Virus record (IMG/VR): IMGVR_UViG_3300028591_000078
Coordinates: 32,001 to 96,000 of that record
Source of the DNA: a virus
Lineage: Duplodnaviria; Caudoviricetes
DNA: 64,000 bases
Reading direction: 5' to 3' (one strand)
Below are positions 49,704-59,466 of the stretch, piece by piece. The notes under the pieces are model-generated. The model saw only the letters and a list, made by a program, of their open reading frames with translations. It was not told the DNA's origin and did not search any database. A program made the translations under genes and the position numbers. Each line of letters begins with the position of its first letter. The first letter of the stretch is position 1.

Positions 49704-51493
49704 TAATTCTTTACGTGCTTATGATAATTAATTATGACTAATTCATTATGAAATCCTGATACTTAATTTACGATAATTCATTATTGACGAATTGATAATT
49801 ATTTCAAATTAATTCATTAGATCATGTTGATATTTAAATCACATTAATTTATTAGTTGTGCGTGATATTTACGTATTGTTAATTCATTAGATTAGGTTGA
49901 TACTTAAATCACATTAATTCATTATGGCACCATGATATTTAAGAATTTTTGATTTAATATTGATATTTAATAATTCTTTACAGCTTCTTGATATTTAACA
50001 GCTTATGACTCAATAGTGTATATTGATATATATTCGCTGTTGGTTCTTTAGACAGAGGAGATACTTAAAGCATAGTAATTCATTAAATAGATTTGATAAT
50101 TAATACTTGCTAATTCATTAAAAGATAGCGATACTTATAATCAGGTAATTCATTAAAACTGCTTGATATTTAGTCCACAATAATTTATTTTATCACTAAT
50201 CTGATATGATACTTTGAACCGATTAACTCTTTAGTAGTCTTTGATAATTTAAAGTAATTGATTCATTTACGATTTTTGATGGTTATATATAAATGATTCT
50301 ATAGCTGCCTGATGATACTTAGAGTATGATAATTCATTACAAGTTACTGATAATTTACCTCCTAATAATTCTATACCTCCAACTGATATTTAAATGAATA
50401 TGGTTCATTAGCGCAAATTGATATTTACGGATCAGTAATTCTTTATATGGTAATGATACTTATGAGCATGTAATTCGATAATCGCTTTTGATATGTAATA
50501 ATGTCTGGCTCATTTAATGTTAATGATACCTACACCATTGTAATTCATTAATGATTATTGATATTTAAAACTTTTTGATTCATTAGTATTCATTGATATA
50601 ACCTTATATTCTTATAATTCTATACCTCCAGTTGATACTATAAATACTATGGCTCATTAAAGCAAATTGATACTTACAAATCGCTGATTCATTATCGCAC
50701 CCTGATACTTACAGATTAATAATTCATTATCGCACCCCTGATATTTATTTACCGGTGATTCATTACATTTATTTGATGCATACATGTCAATAATTCATTA
50801 ACATACCTTGATATTTATTTACTGGTGATTCATTAGCTCATATTGATACTTAAAATTCGGTAATTTATTAATTTTATTTGATACTTTCTTTTCTTCAATT
50901 CTTTAACGTAATATGATAATTGCCTTCCTGTGAATCATTATAATATAGTGATACTTATAAAAAGGTGATTCATATTCTTTACGGCGACTTGATAGTTATT
51001 TCTGCTTAACTCATTAACACTGGTTGATATTTACTTGCCTGTGATTCATTAGCTCCAAATGATACTTATGTTTATGTGGTTCATTACTATAATATGATAT
51101 TTTGAATTCACTAATTTATTTAAATTTGTTTGATTCATTATCTATTCCTGATACTTATATCAAACTGTTTCATTGTGCGTTCATGATATTTAGATTTGTT
51201 TGATTCATTTCATATCTATGATATTTTGTGGATTATGATTCAATAGCGTTTCATTGATGCTTATTTTTGTATAATTCATTAAAAGTAAATGATACTTACT
51301 ACCTTTTTGATTCATTACCTTTCGTTTGATGTTTAAGTTCCATTAACTCATTATGCGGCTGTGATATTTACTATTTTTTAATTCATTAAATCGTTTTGAT
51401 ACTTATACAAAATTGGATCTTTTTGTTACATTGATACATATAAAAGTATAATTCAATTTGTACTAATGATACTTAGTGATGCATGATTCATTA
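49704..51493. repeat. Dual-repeat tandem array of ~51 x 35-bp units: T(A/G)ATTCATTA-N8-TGATA(C/T)TTA-N8 (TIGR-like architecture)
   Basis: Parsed by eye, e.g. TAATTCATTA TGAAATCC TGATACTTA ATTTACGA / TAATTCATTA GATCATGT TGATATTTA AATCACAT / TGATTCATTA GCTCCAAA TGATACTTA TGTTTATG. No ORF >=60 aa; the period is not a multiple of 3. Confidence 0.92.
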
Positions 51494-51503
51494 ATATAAT
51501 ATA
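51488..51503 (-). promoter_or_regulatory. Early-type promoter motif pointing into the array
   Basis: Minus strand reads TATATTAT-ATTAA-TGA, the same core as the other early-type promoters. Confidence 0.55.
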
Positions 51504-51574
51504 CAGCCCAAAAACCCTTTATTTACGAAAAGGTGAACATATTAATAATCTATAGAAAGGAGCTGATTATAACA

Positions 51575-53854
51575 ATGGCCGATAAAAAGACTGATCAGGA
51601 AAAGAAATCAGCAAAGCGTATTAATAAACTTGCTGAACTGATCCAGTCCAATATGGACAAATTATATCAGACTACTTACTATTCAAATCCTACTAATAAG
51701 AAGGATTTGGATAATATAAAAAGTAAAATTGATGCATCTATCGGAAGTATAGTATCTAATAATGTAGATACTATAGGCCTTCCTAGTATATCTAAAATGT
51801 ATGCTAGAACCTTCGAGAAGAATAGAATGGCCGATGAAGAGTCTAGCAGAAAACTTCAGGAGATGCTTTCAGATAAAGCTTTGGTAGATACTACACTTGC
51901 TACCTTTGCTCAGAATAGTAAGTTAGCAGATCTTGATAATAAGATAGATACAATCTTAAAATATATGCCCAGGCTTCAGGAAGCCTTGGATGTAAGAAAA
52001 GATAATGTACTATCTGCAGACCACTTTAACAAAGACTATATCACTATTACTAGTGCTGAAACTATATCAACTTCAGATGTCTTCAATAAGAGACTTAAAG
52101 AAATAAAACAGAAGTATAAACTTCTTGAGTTCTTTGAAGATGCATACGATGAGACTGCTAAGTATGGTGAGTATTTTGTATATAATGTACCTTATAAGAG
52201 AGCTATAACAAAGCTCTTACAGACTAAAGCTCAATCTCAGGTATATACAGCAACTCTTAAGACTGAGAGTATGGATATAACCTCTGAGATTAGAGATACA
52301 GTTCAGATGCCTGCTACAGAACTCTTTACTGATAATGATAAAAACTATAATATCAATCTTCAGATTAATAGATCTGGTATGCTGATAGAAACTATAGAGA
52401 GTTTTAAACAGGTTGATGATAAACTTAATGCTCTTAGGGAACAGTCTCTTTGTTATATACGTGAAGATAAGATCGAGAATATTACAGATATAGGAAAGAA
52501 GACTAAACCATCTTTATATATAGATGATGGATTTATGCCAGATGATCTTGATTTCAGTGGTTTTGATGATACTGCTACCGATGGTCTTATTACAGGAGTA
52601 AAAGATAAGGGTGAAAAGAAGATCAAGATCGATGTCCCTGGATGTATTATCAAGAAACTTGATAGAAGACAGATCATTCCTATCTATATAGAAGATAGTT
52701 GTATGGGTTATTACTACATAGAGAATATAGATGGAGAAAATATTACTGACTTTACTAAGTTAGAAGACCCATTTATGTCTATGAGAAACAACTCTACTAT
52801 CATACAGAACTCTGAAGCAGATATGAAGAGAGATATGGTTCTTAAATATCTTGCTGGTGAGATGTCTAAGTATATAGATCAGGAGTTCGTTAATAATAAT
52901 CAGGATCTTAGAGCTGAGATATACATGATACTTAAGTATAATGATGTATATAATACTCCTAATAGTAACTTTAGAGTTACATTCCTTCCTCCTGAAGATG
53001 TAACTCATATATACTTTAGAAAAGATCCTAAGACTCATAGAGGAATCTCTGACCTTGATAGATCTATAATACCTGGTACTTTATATGCATCTCTTTATAT
53101 TACTGATGCTATAGCGGCTATGACTAGATCTCAGGATAAGAGAGTATACTATGTAAAGCAGACTGTGGATACTAATATTGCTAAGACTCTTCTTACTACT
53201 ATAGAGCAGATCAAGAAGAATAACTTCAATATTAGGCAGATTGAGAACGTAAACCATATCCTCAATATTACAGGACGATTCAATGACTATGTAATTCCTA
53301 TGAGCCCTTCTGGAGAGGCTCCTATAACTATGGAAGTTATGCAGGGTCAGCAGGTTAATAGTCATGATGATCTTCTTAATAGACTTGAGGAAATGGCAAT
53401 CAATCCTACAGATGTACCTCTTGAACTTATTCAGGCTAGACAGTCTATAGACTATGCTGTACAATATACTATGTCTAATAGTAAATTCTTACGTAAGGTC
53501 TATAAGAGACAGGCTCAATATGAACCTTTCATGTCTCTCATTATTACTAAGATCTATAACTATGAGTATGATGAGAGTGTTCAGCTTGAAATAAAGCTTC
53601 CTCCTCCGATGTTCTTGAATATCACAAATACTAATCAGATAATGATGAATACAAACGATTTTGCTCAGGCTGTTGCAGACATATACTTGTCTAATGAACC
53701 TGACGATGTGACAAAGAATATCTTCACTAAGAAGCTTAAATTAGAGCTCTTGGGAAGCTATATTGATGTAGGTAACCTTGAACACCTGCTTAATATAGCT
53801 AAACAGGAAACCTCTATAGAACGAGACGAAGCTAAGTTAAAGCAGGAAGAATAA
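51575..53854 (+). CDS. Portal protein (T4 gp20-like)
   Basis: Likely ATG 51575 with AAGGAG RBS and late promoter at 51536; KYGEYFVY, RSQDKRVYYV and NDYVIP resemble gp20-type RAPERRVFYI / EDYWLP. Confidence 0.75.
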   Translation: MADKKTDQEKKSAKRINKLAELIQSNMDKLYQTTYYSNPTNKKDLDNIKSKIDASIGSIVSNNVDTIGLPSISKMYARTFEKNRMADEESSRKLQEMLSDKALVDTTLATFAQNSKLADLDNKIDTILKYMPRLQEALDVRKDNVLSADHFNKDYITITSAETISTSDVFNKRLKEIKQKYKLLEFFEDAYDETAKYGEYFVYNVPYKRAITKLLQTKAQSQVYTATLKTESMDITSEIRDTVQMPATELFTDNDKNYNINLQINRSGMLIETIESFKQVDDKLNALREQSLCYIREDKIENITDIGKKTKPSLYIDDGFMPDDLDFSGFDDTATDGLITGVKDKGEKKIKIDVPGCIIKKLDRRQIIPIYIEDSCMGYYYIENIDGENITDFTKLEDPFMSMRNNSTIIQNSEADMKRDMVLKYLAGEMSKYIDQEFVNNNQDLRAEIYMILKYNDVYNTPNSNFRVTFLPPEDVTHIYFRKDPKTHRGISDLDRSIIPGTLYASLYITDAIAAMTRSQDKRVYYVKQTVDTNIAKTLLTTIEQIKKNNFNIRQIENVNHILNITGRFNDYVIPMSPSGEAPITMEVMQGQQVNSHDDLLNRLEEMAINPTDVPLELIQARQSIDYAVQYTMSNSKFLRKVYKRQAQYEPFMSLIITKIYNYEYDESVQLEIKLPPPMFLNITNTNQIMMNTNDFAQAVADIYLSNEPDDVTKNIFTKKLKLELLGSYIDVGNLEHLLNIAKQETSIERDEAKLKQEE

Positions 53855-53858
53855 AAAC

Positions 53859-53886
53859 TCCCAGTGCACATATAGTGCACTGGGAA
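53859..53886. terminator. Bidirectional terminator
   Basis: CCCAGTGCAC-ATATA-GTGCACTGGG between convergent portal and tube genes. Confidence 0.75.
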
Positions 53887-53898
53887 TTATTTTGTCGC

Positions 53899-54930
53899 TT
53901 ATCTAGTTTCAAAGGTATCGTAAGTATAGAAACCATTACCTGTGTCGTAGGTTCCTTCCTTAACCGTTTCCTTTTGAGTGGTTGTAGGCTTTTCAACCTC
54001 GAAGTATGAGGGCAGATTAGATGTAGCTGCCTTATAGTTCTCTGCAACCTGAGATACCTTGTTAGAACCATCCTGGATAGCAGCACCAGTTGTTTCTCCA
54101 AGGTTCGGATATGCAGTATAGTCGAAGTTGTCGGAAGATCTGTACATATGTGCATTGCCAACATCCTGCCAGTTACCATCAGGAGTGTAAGTAAATCCAT
54201 TGATATATGCAAGGATATCCTTAGCAGCCTGGTTAACCTTAGCAGATGTATACGGGAAGCCGTTGAATTCAACTGTAAGTTCCTTGAACTCAATATTACC
54301 CTTTTCAGAGTTAACGATATTGATTTCAGCAGTTGTAGGCTGGCAAGCTATAAGCAGATATGCTCTTTCAACCTGTGCACCTGTATTATCAGTAATGAAG
54401 TACAGGAATGTAAATACCTCATTATGGAAACCAGGATTTACAATAGCACCGGAATCTATAAGTCCATGATAGGTCTTCAGCTGTGTTCTAGAATCCTTTA
54501 CACCCTTGAGGAAGAGCTCATGAGTCTTAGTGATTACCAAACCAGACTTTTCGAAGAATCTCATAGAGAATGTACCATTAGACTGCTCATTAACCTTTGT
54601 GATAAGGTTAAGAGTATTAATACCATTGGTAAGTTCCTGTGTATCACCAGTGATATTATCAAGTCCATCAAGTCCTCTGAATTCATATTCGAGAATATGG
54701 AGGTAGTTGTTTATGAGGTTCTCATAATCAGTGTTTACCTTCTTAAGCTTCTGAAGGAACTTAGGATAATCTACTACTACAAGGAAAGGATAACCTGATT
54801 CAAACAGATCATACTGCTTAAGGTTACCGAAGTCTGTAACACCACGCATAAGCGTATATCTTGTGACAGACATAGGCTTCTTAAGGCCTTCATACATGTT
54901 TTCGAACTGATTCTGATTAACAGTAGCCAT
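53899..54930 (-). CDS. Tail tube protein
   Basis: 343 aa directly downstream of the sheath gene; tube-like FSMRFFE...AYLLIACQPT...LTVEF pattern. Confidence 0.7.
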   Translation of the reverse strand: MATVNQNQFENMYEGLKKPMSVTRYTLMRGVTDFGNLKQYDLFESGYPFLVVVDYPKFLQKLKKVNTDYENLINNYLHILEYEFRGLDGLDNITGDTQELTNGINTLNLITKVNEQSNGTFSMRFFEKSGLVITKTHELFLKGVKDSRTQLKTYHGLIDSGAIVNPGFHNEVFTFLYFITDNTGAQVERAYLLIACQPTTAEINIVNSEKGNIEFKELTVEFNGFPYTSAKVNQAAKDILAYINGFTYTPDGNWQDVGNAHMYRSSDNFDYTAYPNLGETTGAAIQDGSNKVSQVAENYKAATSNLPSYFEVEKPTTTQKETVKEGTYDTGNGFYTYDTFETR

Positions 54931-54951
54931 GATTATTTTCCTCCTTTCCTA

Positions 54952-57162
54952 TTAAAGATCAGACGGCAGAGCCGTGATTCTGAACCACTCTGACTGGATG
55001 AAGTTCTTGAAGCGTACTTCAATAGCTGCATAGTAGATATGGTTCTGCTCCATTACCTTATCTTCAATATAATGGAAGTCGATAGACATATACTTATCAG
55101 CATACTTATCGATGATTGCCATTACATCTTCCTGGTATTCCTTAAGACCTTCCTTGTCCATGAATGCGTATCTGATGATAGGACAACGAGCACGGATAGC
55201 CTTAACAAGATCCTGGAGATTGAAGACATTGTTGATATAAGAGAGCTGTGTATATTCATCATTTGTGGAGTAACCTGTCTCCATAACGAGTCTTCCAGAG
55301 AGCCAAGAAGCATAGTTGATTCTTGCATCATCCAGAATCTCATTCTGGTTAACACCAGGAACTATCTTAGGAGTGAAGTTCTCAGTTCCACGGATAGCAC
55401 TCTCAAGAATGATATCATACTTAATACCAGCAAATGCTCTGGATCTACCATTAGCGAAGTGCGGTACTGCCTTAGCAACAAGGTCATACATAGCTGTTAC
55501 AGTAATCTGACGATTAGTGTAAGGATCTATGATGTCATATGCAAGGAATGTGAGATATGTATATCTCGTTCTGTAGTCCTGCGGAACTATTACATTTGCA
55601 TTGAGCAGGATCTCATCAAGAGTTGTAAGATCTGTACCCATATCGATCATAGCTACGCAGTCTTCTCTGAAGTTAACCAGATCCTGGATAGCAAGCTTTA
55701 CATCCAGCGGATAGTTAGCATCAGGAATGATGTCGATCTGATAAGTATTGAGATCATAGATCTCAGCGTTATGATCCACATCGCCTATATAAGCATTAAG
55801 ATACTGCTCATGGAGTTCATCAGCAGCTTCAGCACTCTGAGGATTATCTCCAAAGATACCATTCGAACCATTGTCTATTGTAAGACCATACTGGAGAGCA
55901 AGATCTTCAGAAAGCTCATCATACGCAAGATAAGGAATATATTCCTTCTTCTTAGTATAACCGAAGAGAATATCTTCAGTTGTAAGAGGATCAGATCTGA
56001 AGATTACATTACCATCAGCATCTGTTATAACAGTTGCCTCATCGGGCTTGTATACACTTCTACCTTCCTGGTCCTTCATAATTGAACAAAGGTCAGCATA
56101 GAGTGCATCGATAGCATCAGGGAAGTACTTAATACGAACCTGATCAGACTTACCATCAATCTGAGTTCTCAGATCTATATGGTTACCATTGAAAGGATCT
56201 ACAGTATCAGGATCAAGAGCGAAGCTAAACTTTTCAGAAAGCTTATCATTCTCAATGATCTGGAATGAATACTGCAGGATCTTCTTAGCCTTAGAAGTTC
56301 TGTAATCAGGTATGATATTCCATCTCTTAGCAGAAACACCACGACCGATGTCTGTAAGTGTGAAGAGAGGATAAAGAACACCCTCATCGCTTTCGAAATC
56401 CTTATCAGTATCAAGGAATGTAGAATATTCACCATAAGCCTTTTCAGCGATAGTATCGATATCGAAAGCAGTGTAATCCTGAATAGTAGGATCTGCTACA
56501 GTCTGAGTTGTTGTGGTTGTGGTTTCATTAACCGTAAGCTCACCATTAGCAATCTTATCTGTAACATCAGCATTCTCAACACCAGTGCTGGGATCGATAG
56601 CTCTGTTCTGATCATCTACATTATATACTGTAACTGCGCCAGTCTCGGCATCAGTTACACTTACTGTTTTTGTAGTTGTGTTAATAGTCTGGTTAATTGT
56701 ACGACCATTAGGAGCATAAGAAACAAGTTCAAACTTGATCTTAGCCTTAGTGATCATGATAGGCTCGTTACCATCAGCAGTGATAGTTTCCTTGCCTGTT
56801 GTAGCATCTTTATAAAGAGGGGTTCCTGCAGCATTAGTCTTCTGAGAATATTCCTGATGTACTCTAGCAACAACAGTGTTGTTGGCAAGAATTGCATCCT
56901 TGGCAACGATTCTCTTGAACATTACTCTACCACCAGCATTGATGATTCTTGCTGTCTGGAGAAGAGGCTGACCATACTTTATAAATGATATGTCATTACC
57001 GAAATTGCTATAGAAAGCCTTGCCTTCATATACCTGAATATCTTCTCTACCCTTCTGTGTGGGAGCAGTGCAGTAGAAGAGAGGCTTATACGAAGTCTGA
57101 GCAATCGGAAGAGGCGGTATATGACTCTTATCGATTATTTCAAATCGTGTACCTGCATACAT
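54952..57162 (-). CDS. Contractile tail sheath protein
   Basis: 736 aa; MYAGTRFEIIDKS N-terminus, DIIPDANYP...REDCVAMID, AFAG, RINY, LSYINNV and C-terminal IEVRF sheath motifs. Confidence 0.85.
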   Translation of the reverse strand: MYAGTRFEIIDKSHIPPLPIAQTSYKPLFYCTAPTQKGREDIQVYEGKAFYSNFGNDISFIKYGQPLLQTARIINAGGRVMFKRIVAKDAILANNTVVARVHQEYSQKTNAAGTPLYKDATTGKETITADGNEPIMITKAKIKFELVSYAPNGRTINQTINTTTKTVSVTDAETGAVTVYNVDDQNRAIDPSTGVENADVTDKIANGELTVNETTTTTTQTVADPTIQDYTAFDIDTIAEKAYGEYSTFLDTDKDFESDEGVLYPLFTLTDIGRGVSAKRWNIIPDYRTSKAKKILQYSFQIIENDKLSEKFSFALDPDTVDPFNGNHIDLRTQIDGKSDQVRIKYFPDAIDALYADLCSIMKDQEGRSVYKPDEATVITDADGNVIFRSDPLTTEDILFGYTKKKEYIPYLAYDELSEDLALQYGLTIDNGSNGIFGDNPQSAEAADELHEQYLNAYIGDVDHNAEIYDLNTYQIDIIPDANYPLDVKLAIQDLVNFREDCVAMIDMGTDLTTLDEILLNANVIVPQDYRTRYTYLTFLAYDIIDPYTNRQITVTAMYDLVAKAVPHFANGRSRAFAGIKYDIILESAIRGTENFTPKIVPGVNQNEILDDARINYASWLSGRLVMETGYSTNDEYTQLSYINNVFNLQDLVKAIRARCPIIRYAFMDKEGLKEYQEDVMAIIDKYADKYMSIDFHYIEDKVMEQNHIYYAAIEVRFKNFIQSEWFRITALPSDL

Positions 57163-57268
57163 ACGGTATTTTCCTCCTTTTGTAAGATTATAAACTTAAA
57201 TATTTCCCTAAATAAACGTATATCGTTTAATATAGGTCATTATCTTTATGTTAATTCTAGACCACCAG

Positions 57269-57991
57269 TTAGGTCATTAGGATCTTCTCCATAGGAGAGT
57301 CTTTACGTGCAGGAGTTGTTATAGCAGCAACTACTGCATCATCCCAGTTCTCCTTAGTAATAGATGCAAACGGAGAAGTGTACTTTGCTATATTTCTTAT
57401 ATTATCCTGAATATAGGCATGCATATCTTTAGTTTTAGCAAGTCTAAATGGCTTACTAGGATCTTCGAGATATCTACAATCTTCAGAGAGTACAATTCCA
57501 ATAAGCTGCATAGTAGTTCCATAAGAGAAACCATTAAGATCCATATTATTGATAAAGTAATCCTGAAGCTCATTATAAGGTATAGTATTAGGAAGGTTAC
57601 CCCAGATGAAAAGTCTATAGAAGTTCTCTATATTGATTACATCCTGGGCTATATTCTCATCGCACAAGATCTCATCGCCCTTCTTATATTTAAGAACTCG
57701 ATAGTCCTGTTTAGGAGAATAAGATGTAAGTTGCACATCTTTAATCTTATCAATACTTCCAGGTTTGGTAATAAACTCTGTAGGAAGATTAAACTGCTTC
57801 AGACCAGAATGTTTACCATTCTTATCAAAGATAGCATAGTTCAAAACTCCTATAAGCTTTACATATTCACCTATGATAGTAGCATTCTTTGTGTCAAAGA
57901 ATTTCTCTGGCACATAAAAAACAAACTCGCCTTCTCCATTAAAGAGATAAGCTTTATCCTTTTTAACAAGGAAGCCAGGTATATCTGACAT
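57269..57991 (-). CDS. RNA polymerase beta'-C-terminal-like small subunit (possibly virion RNAP)
   Basis: IGIVLSEDCR...PFRL...SPFASITKENWDDAVVAA...SPMEKIL resembles the beta' region-H end (S.L.AASF.ET..VL..AA). Confidence 0.55.
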   Translation of the reverse strand: MSDIPGFLVKKDKAYLFNGEGEFVFYVPEKFFDTKNATIIGEYVKLIGVLNYAIFDKNGKHSGLKQFNLPTEFITKPGSIDKIKDVQLTSYSPKQDYRVLKYKKGDEILCDENIAQDVINIENFYRLFIWGNLPNTIPYNELQDYFINNMDLNGFSYGTTMQLIGIVLSEDCRYLEDPSKPFRLAKTKDMHAYIQDNIRNIAKYTSPFASITKENWDDAVVAAITTPARKDSPMEKILMT

Positions 57992-58076
57992 TTAGATTCC
58001 TCCTTTAAGGTTAGTATTACTATAAAGTTGAGAAAAGCAAAAGATGACCGTACAGCTTAATGCTGTACGGTAATCA

Positions 58077-58349
58077 TTAAAGCATCTTAGCAACTTCTCG
58101 TATTTGATTTAATGTGAGACCAAGATCGTGAAGATGTTTATGTTCACCAGTAGTCAGATTACAAAGAGAATCATACTCTTCTTTTTCATACTTTACTGGT
58201 GTTGGGTTAAGACGTTCTTCTTGTAATCTTTTGCGTTCACTTTCACTTGCAATAAACTCCTCTTCTGTCATGATCATGGGATCATTAGTTTCATTATCTT
58301 TGACAGGCACTGGAGACATATATTGCGAAAATTTATATAACTCATTCAT
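58077..58349 (-). CDS. Hypothetical protein
   Basis: 90 aa, GAGGT RBS, terminator at 58046-58072. Confidence 0.6.
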   Translation of the reverse strand: MNELYKFSQYMSPVPVKDNETNDPMIMTEEEFIASESERKRLQEERLNPTPVKYEKEEYDSLCNLTTGEHKHLHDLGLTLNQIREVAKML

Positions 58350-58362
58350 ACGCTTACCTCAA

Positions 58363-59466
58363 TTAGTCATCATCAACGGAAGGTTCTTCATTTCCACTAG
58401 GAGCATCAAGATCTCCTACACTCTGACCTTCTTCTATATAGGGAGGTATAACTACTTCTTCATTATACATCTCATCTTCTATATCATCAGGATCATCAGA
58501 TCTACTATATCCTTCATCAGCAACTGATACTATATCAGGATTCTGATAAGGGAATTCAAACGGCATGATTCCAACGATCTCATTCTTATGGAACAACCGT
58601 GTTATAGATTTAACTGTATCTCCAACCTTCATTCTATACTTAAGCAGTATAGCGAATACATTGGCAACAGTAAATCTCTCAGCATTATCATAAGTAGCAA
58701 GATCCATAATAATTCCAGGATAATTCTCATGGATAGGATTGCCATCCTCATCTATTAGTCCAGAATCTACTGTAATCTCTACAGTATCTCCAAGGCCAAA
58801 CTGGAAGTCTTCTACATTATGAATCATCTCAATAGACTTGATATCTTCTCTATTAATCTGTATTCTGAAATATACTTTTACGGGCTCGCCAAGCTCATCG
58901 AGTTCATCAGTCTCTTCGACCTTATCTACAATAATAGATGTGTAATCCGCTCCATCATAGTAATCTCTTACTATGCATTCATCAAAGATAGTACCATCAA
59001 ACTGTTCTATCTTGATAATATCACCGATAGTATAATCATGGAGATTAATACCAGTGTCTTTAAGATCCATATCCCTAATATCACCAATGTCTATAATTCT
59101 TACATCATGCTTATACTCTGTAGAGCAGTCAATAGTAAGAGCAGACGGCTGGAGTCTATCATCAAGTCTAAGAGGAGCTCTCTTATCTACAGATCTATAT
59201 ATAATAGGATTTACAAAGTTAGCTTTCTTCTCAGAATATGTAATTCCAGTAACTCTACCTGTTATGGTCTCTATATCTGAGATATGATCAGGGAATTTTC
59301 TTATATAGGAGAATACATATATCTTATTCTTATCTATTTCAAAGATCTTCTGTCTATAACCAGTCTTATCCTGGTTAATATTTGTGTCGAGATCAGCTGA
59401 GAAGTTGAGTATAATAGTTACTTTAGACTCACACTCGACTTCTGTGTTGAGAAAAGTATTAGCCAT
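58363..59466 (-). CDS. Hypothetical acidic protein
   Basis: 367 aa, overlaps the upstream gene's end. Confidence 0.7.
   Translation of the reverse strand: MANTFLNTEVECESKVTIILNFSADLDTNINQDKTGYRQKIFEIDKNKIYVFSYIRKFPDHISDIETITGRVTGITYSEKKANFVNPIIYRSVDKRAPLRLDDRLQPSALTIDCSTEYKHDVRIIDIGDIRDMDLKDTGINLHDYTIGDIIKIEQFDGTIFDECIVRDYYDGADYTSIIVDKVEETDELDELGEPVKVYFRIQINREDIKSIEMIHNVEDFQFGLGDTVEITVDSGLIDEDGNPIHENYPGIIMDLATYDNAERFTVANVFAILLKYRMKVGDTVKSITRLFHKNEIVGIMPFEFPYQNPDIVSVADEGYSRSDDPDDIEDEMYNEEVVIPPYIEEGQSVGDLDAPSGNEEPSVDDD

Noticed and set aside
49704-51493. CRISPR array, or a repeat-protein gene read with an alternative genetic code
   Set aside because: Conserved blocks are only 9-10 nt, of two alternating kinds, with 8-nt inserts, and there are no cas genes in the window. 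The 35-bp period is not a multiple of 3, and flanking genes use TAA, TGA and TAG as normal stops.
55039-56085. 348-aa plus-strand ORF antisense to the tail sheath gene (likewise 54148-54798, 45767-46351, 34216-34845, 31447-32088 and the many short opposite-strand ORFs)
   Set aside because: Same antisense-shadow artefact; each lies largely or wholly within a well-supported gene on the other strand
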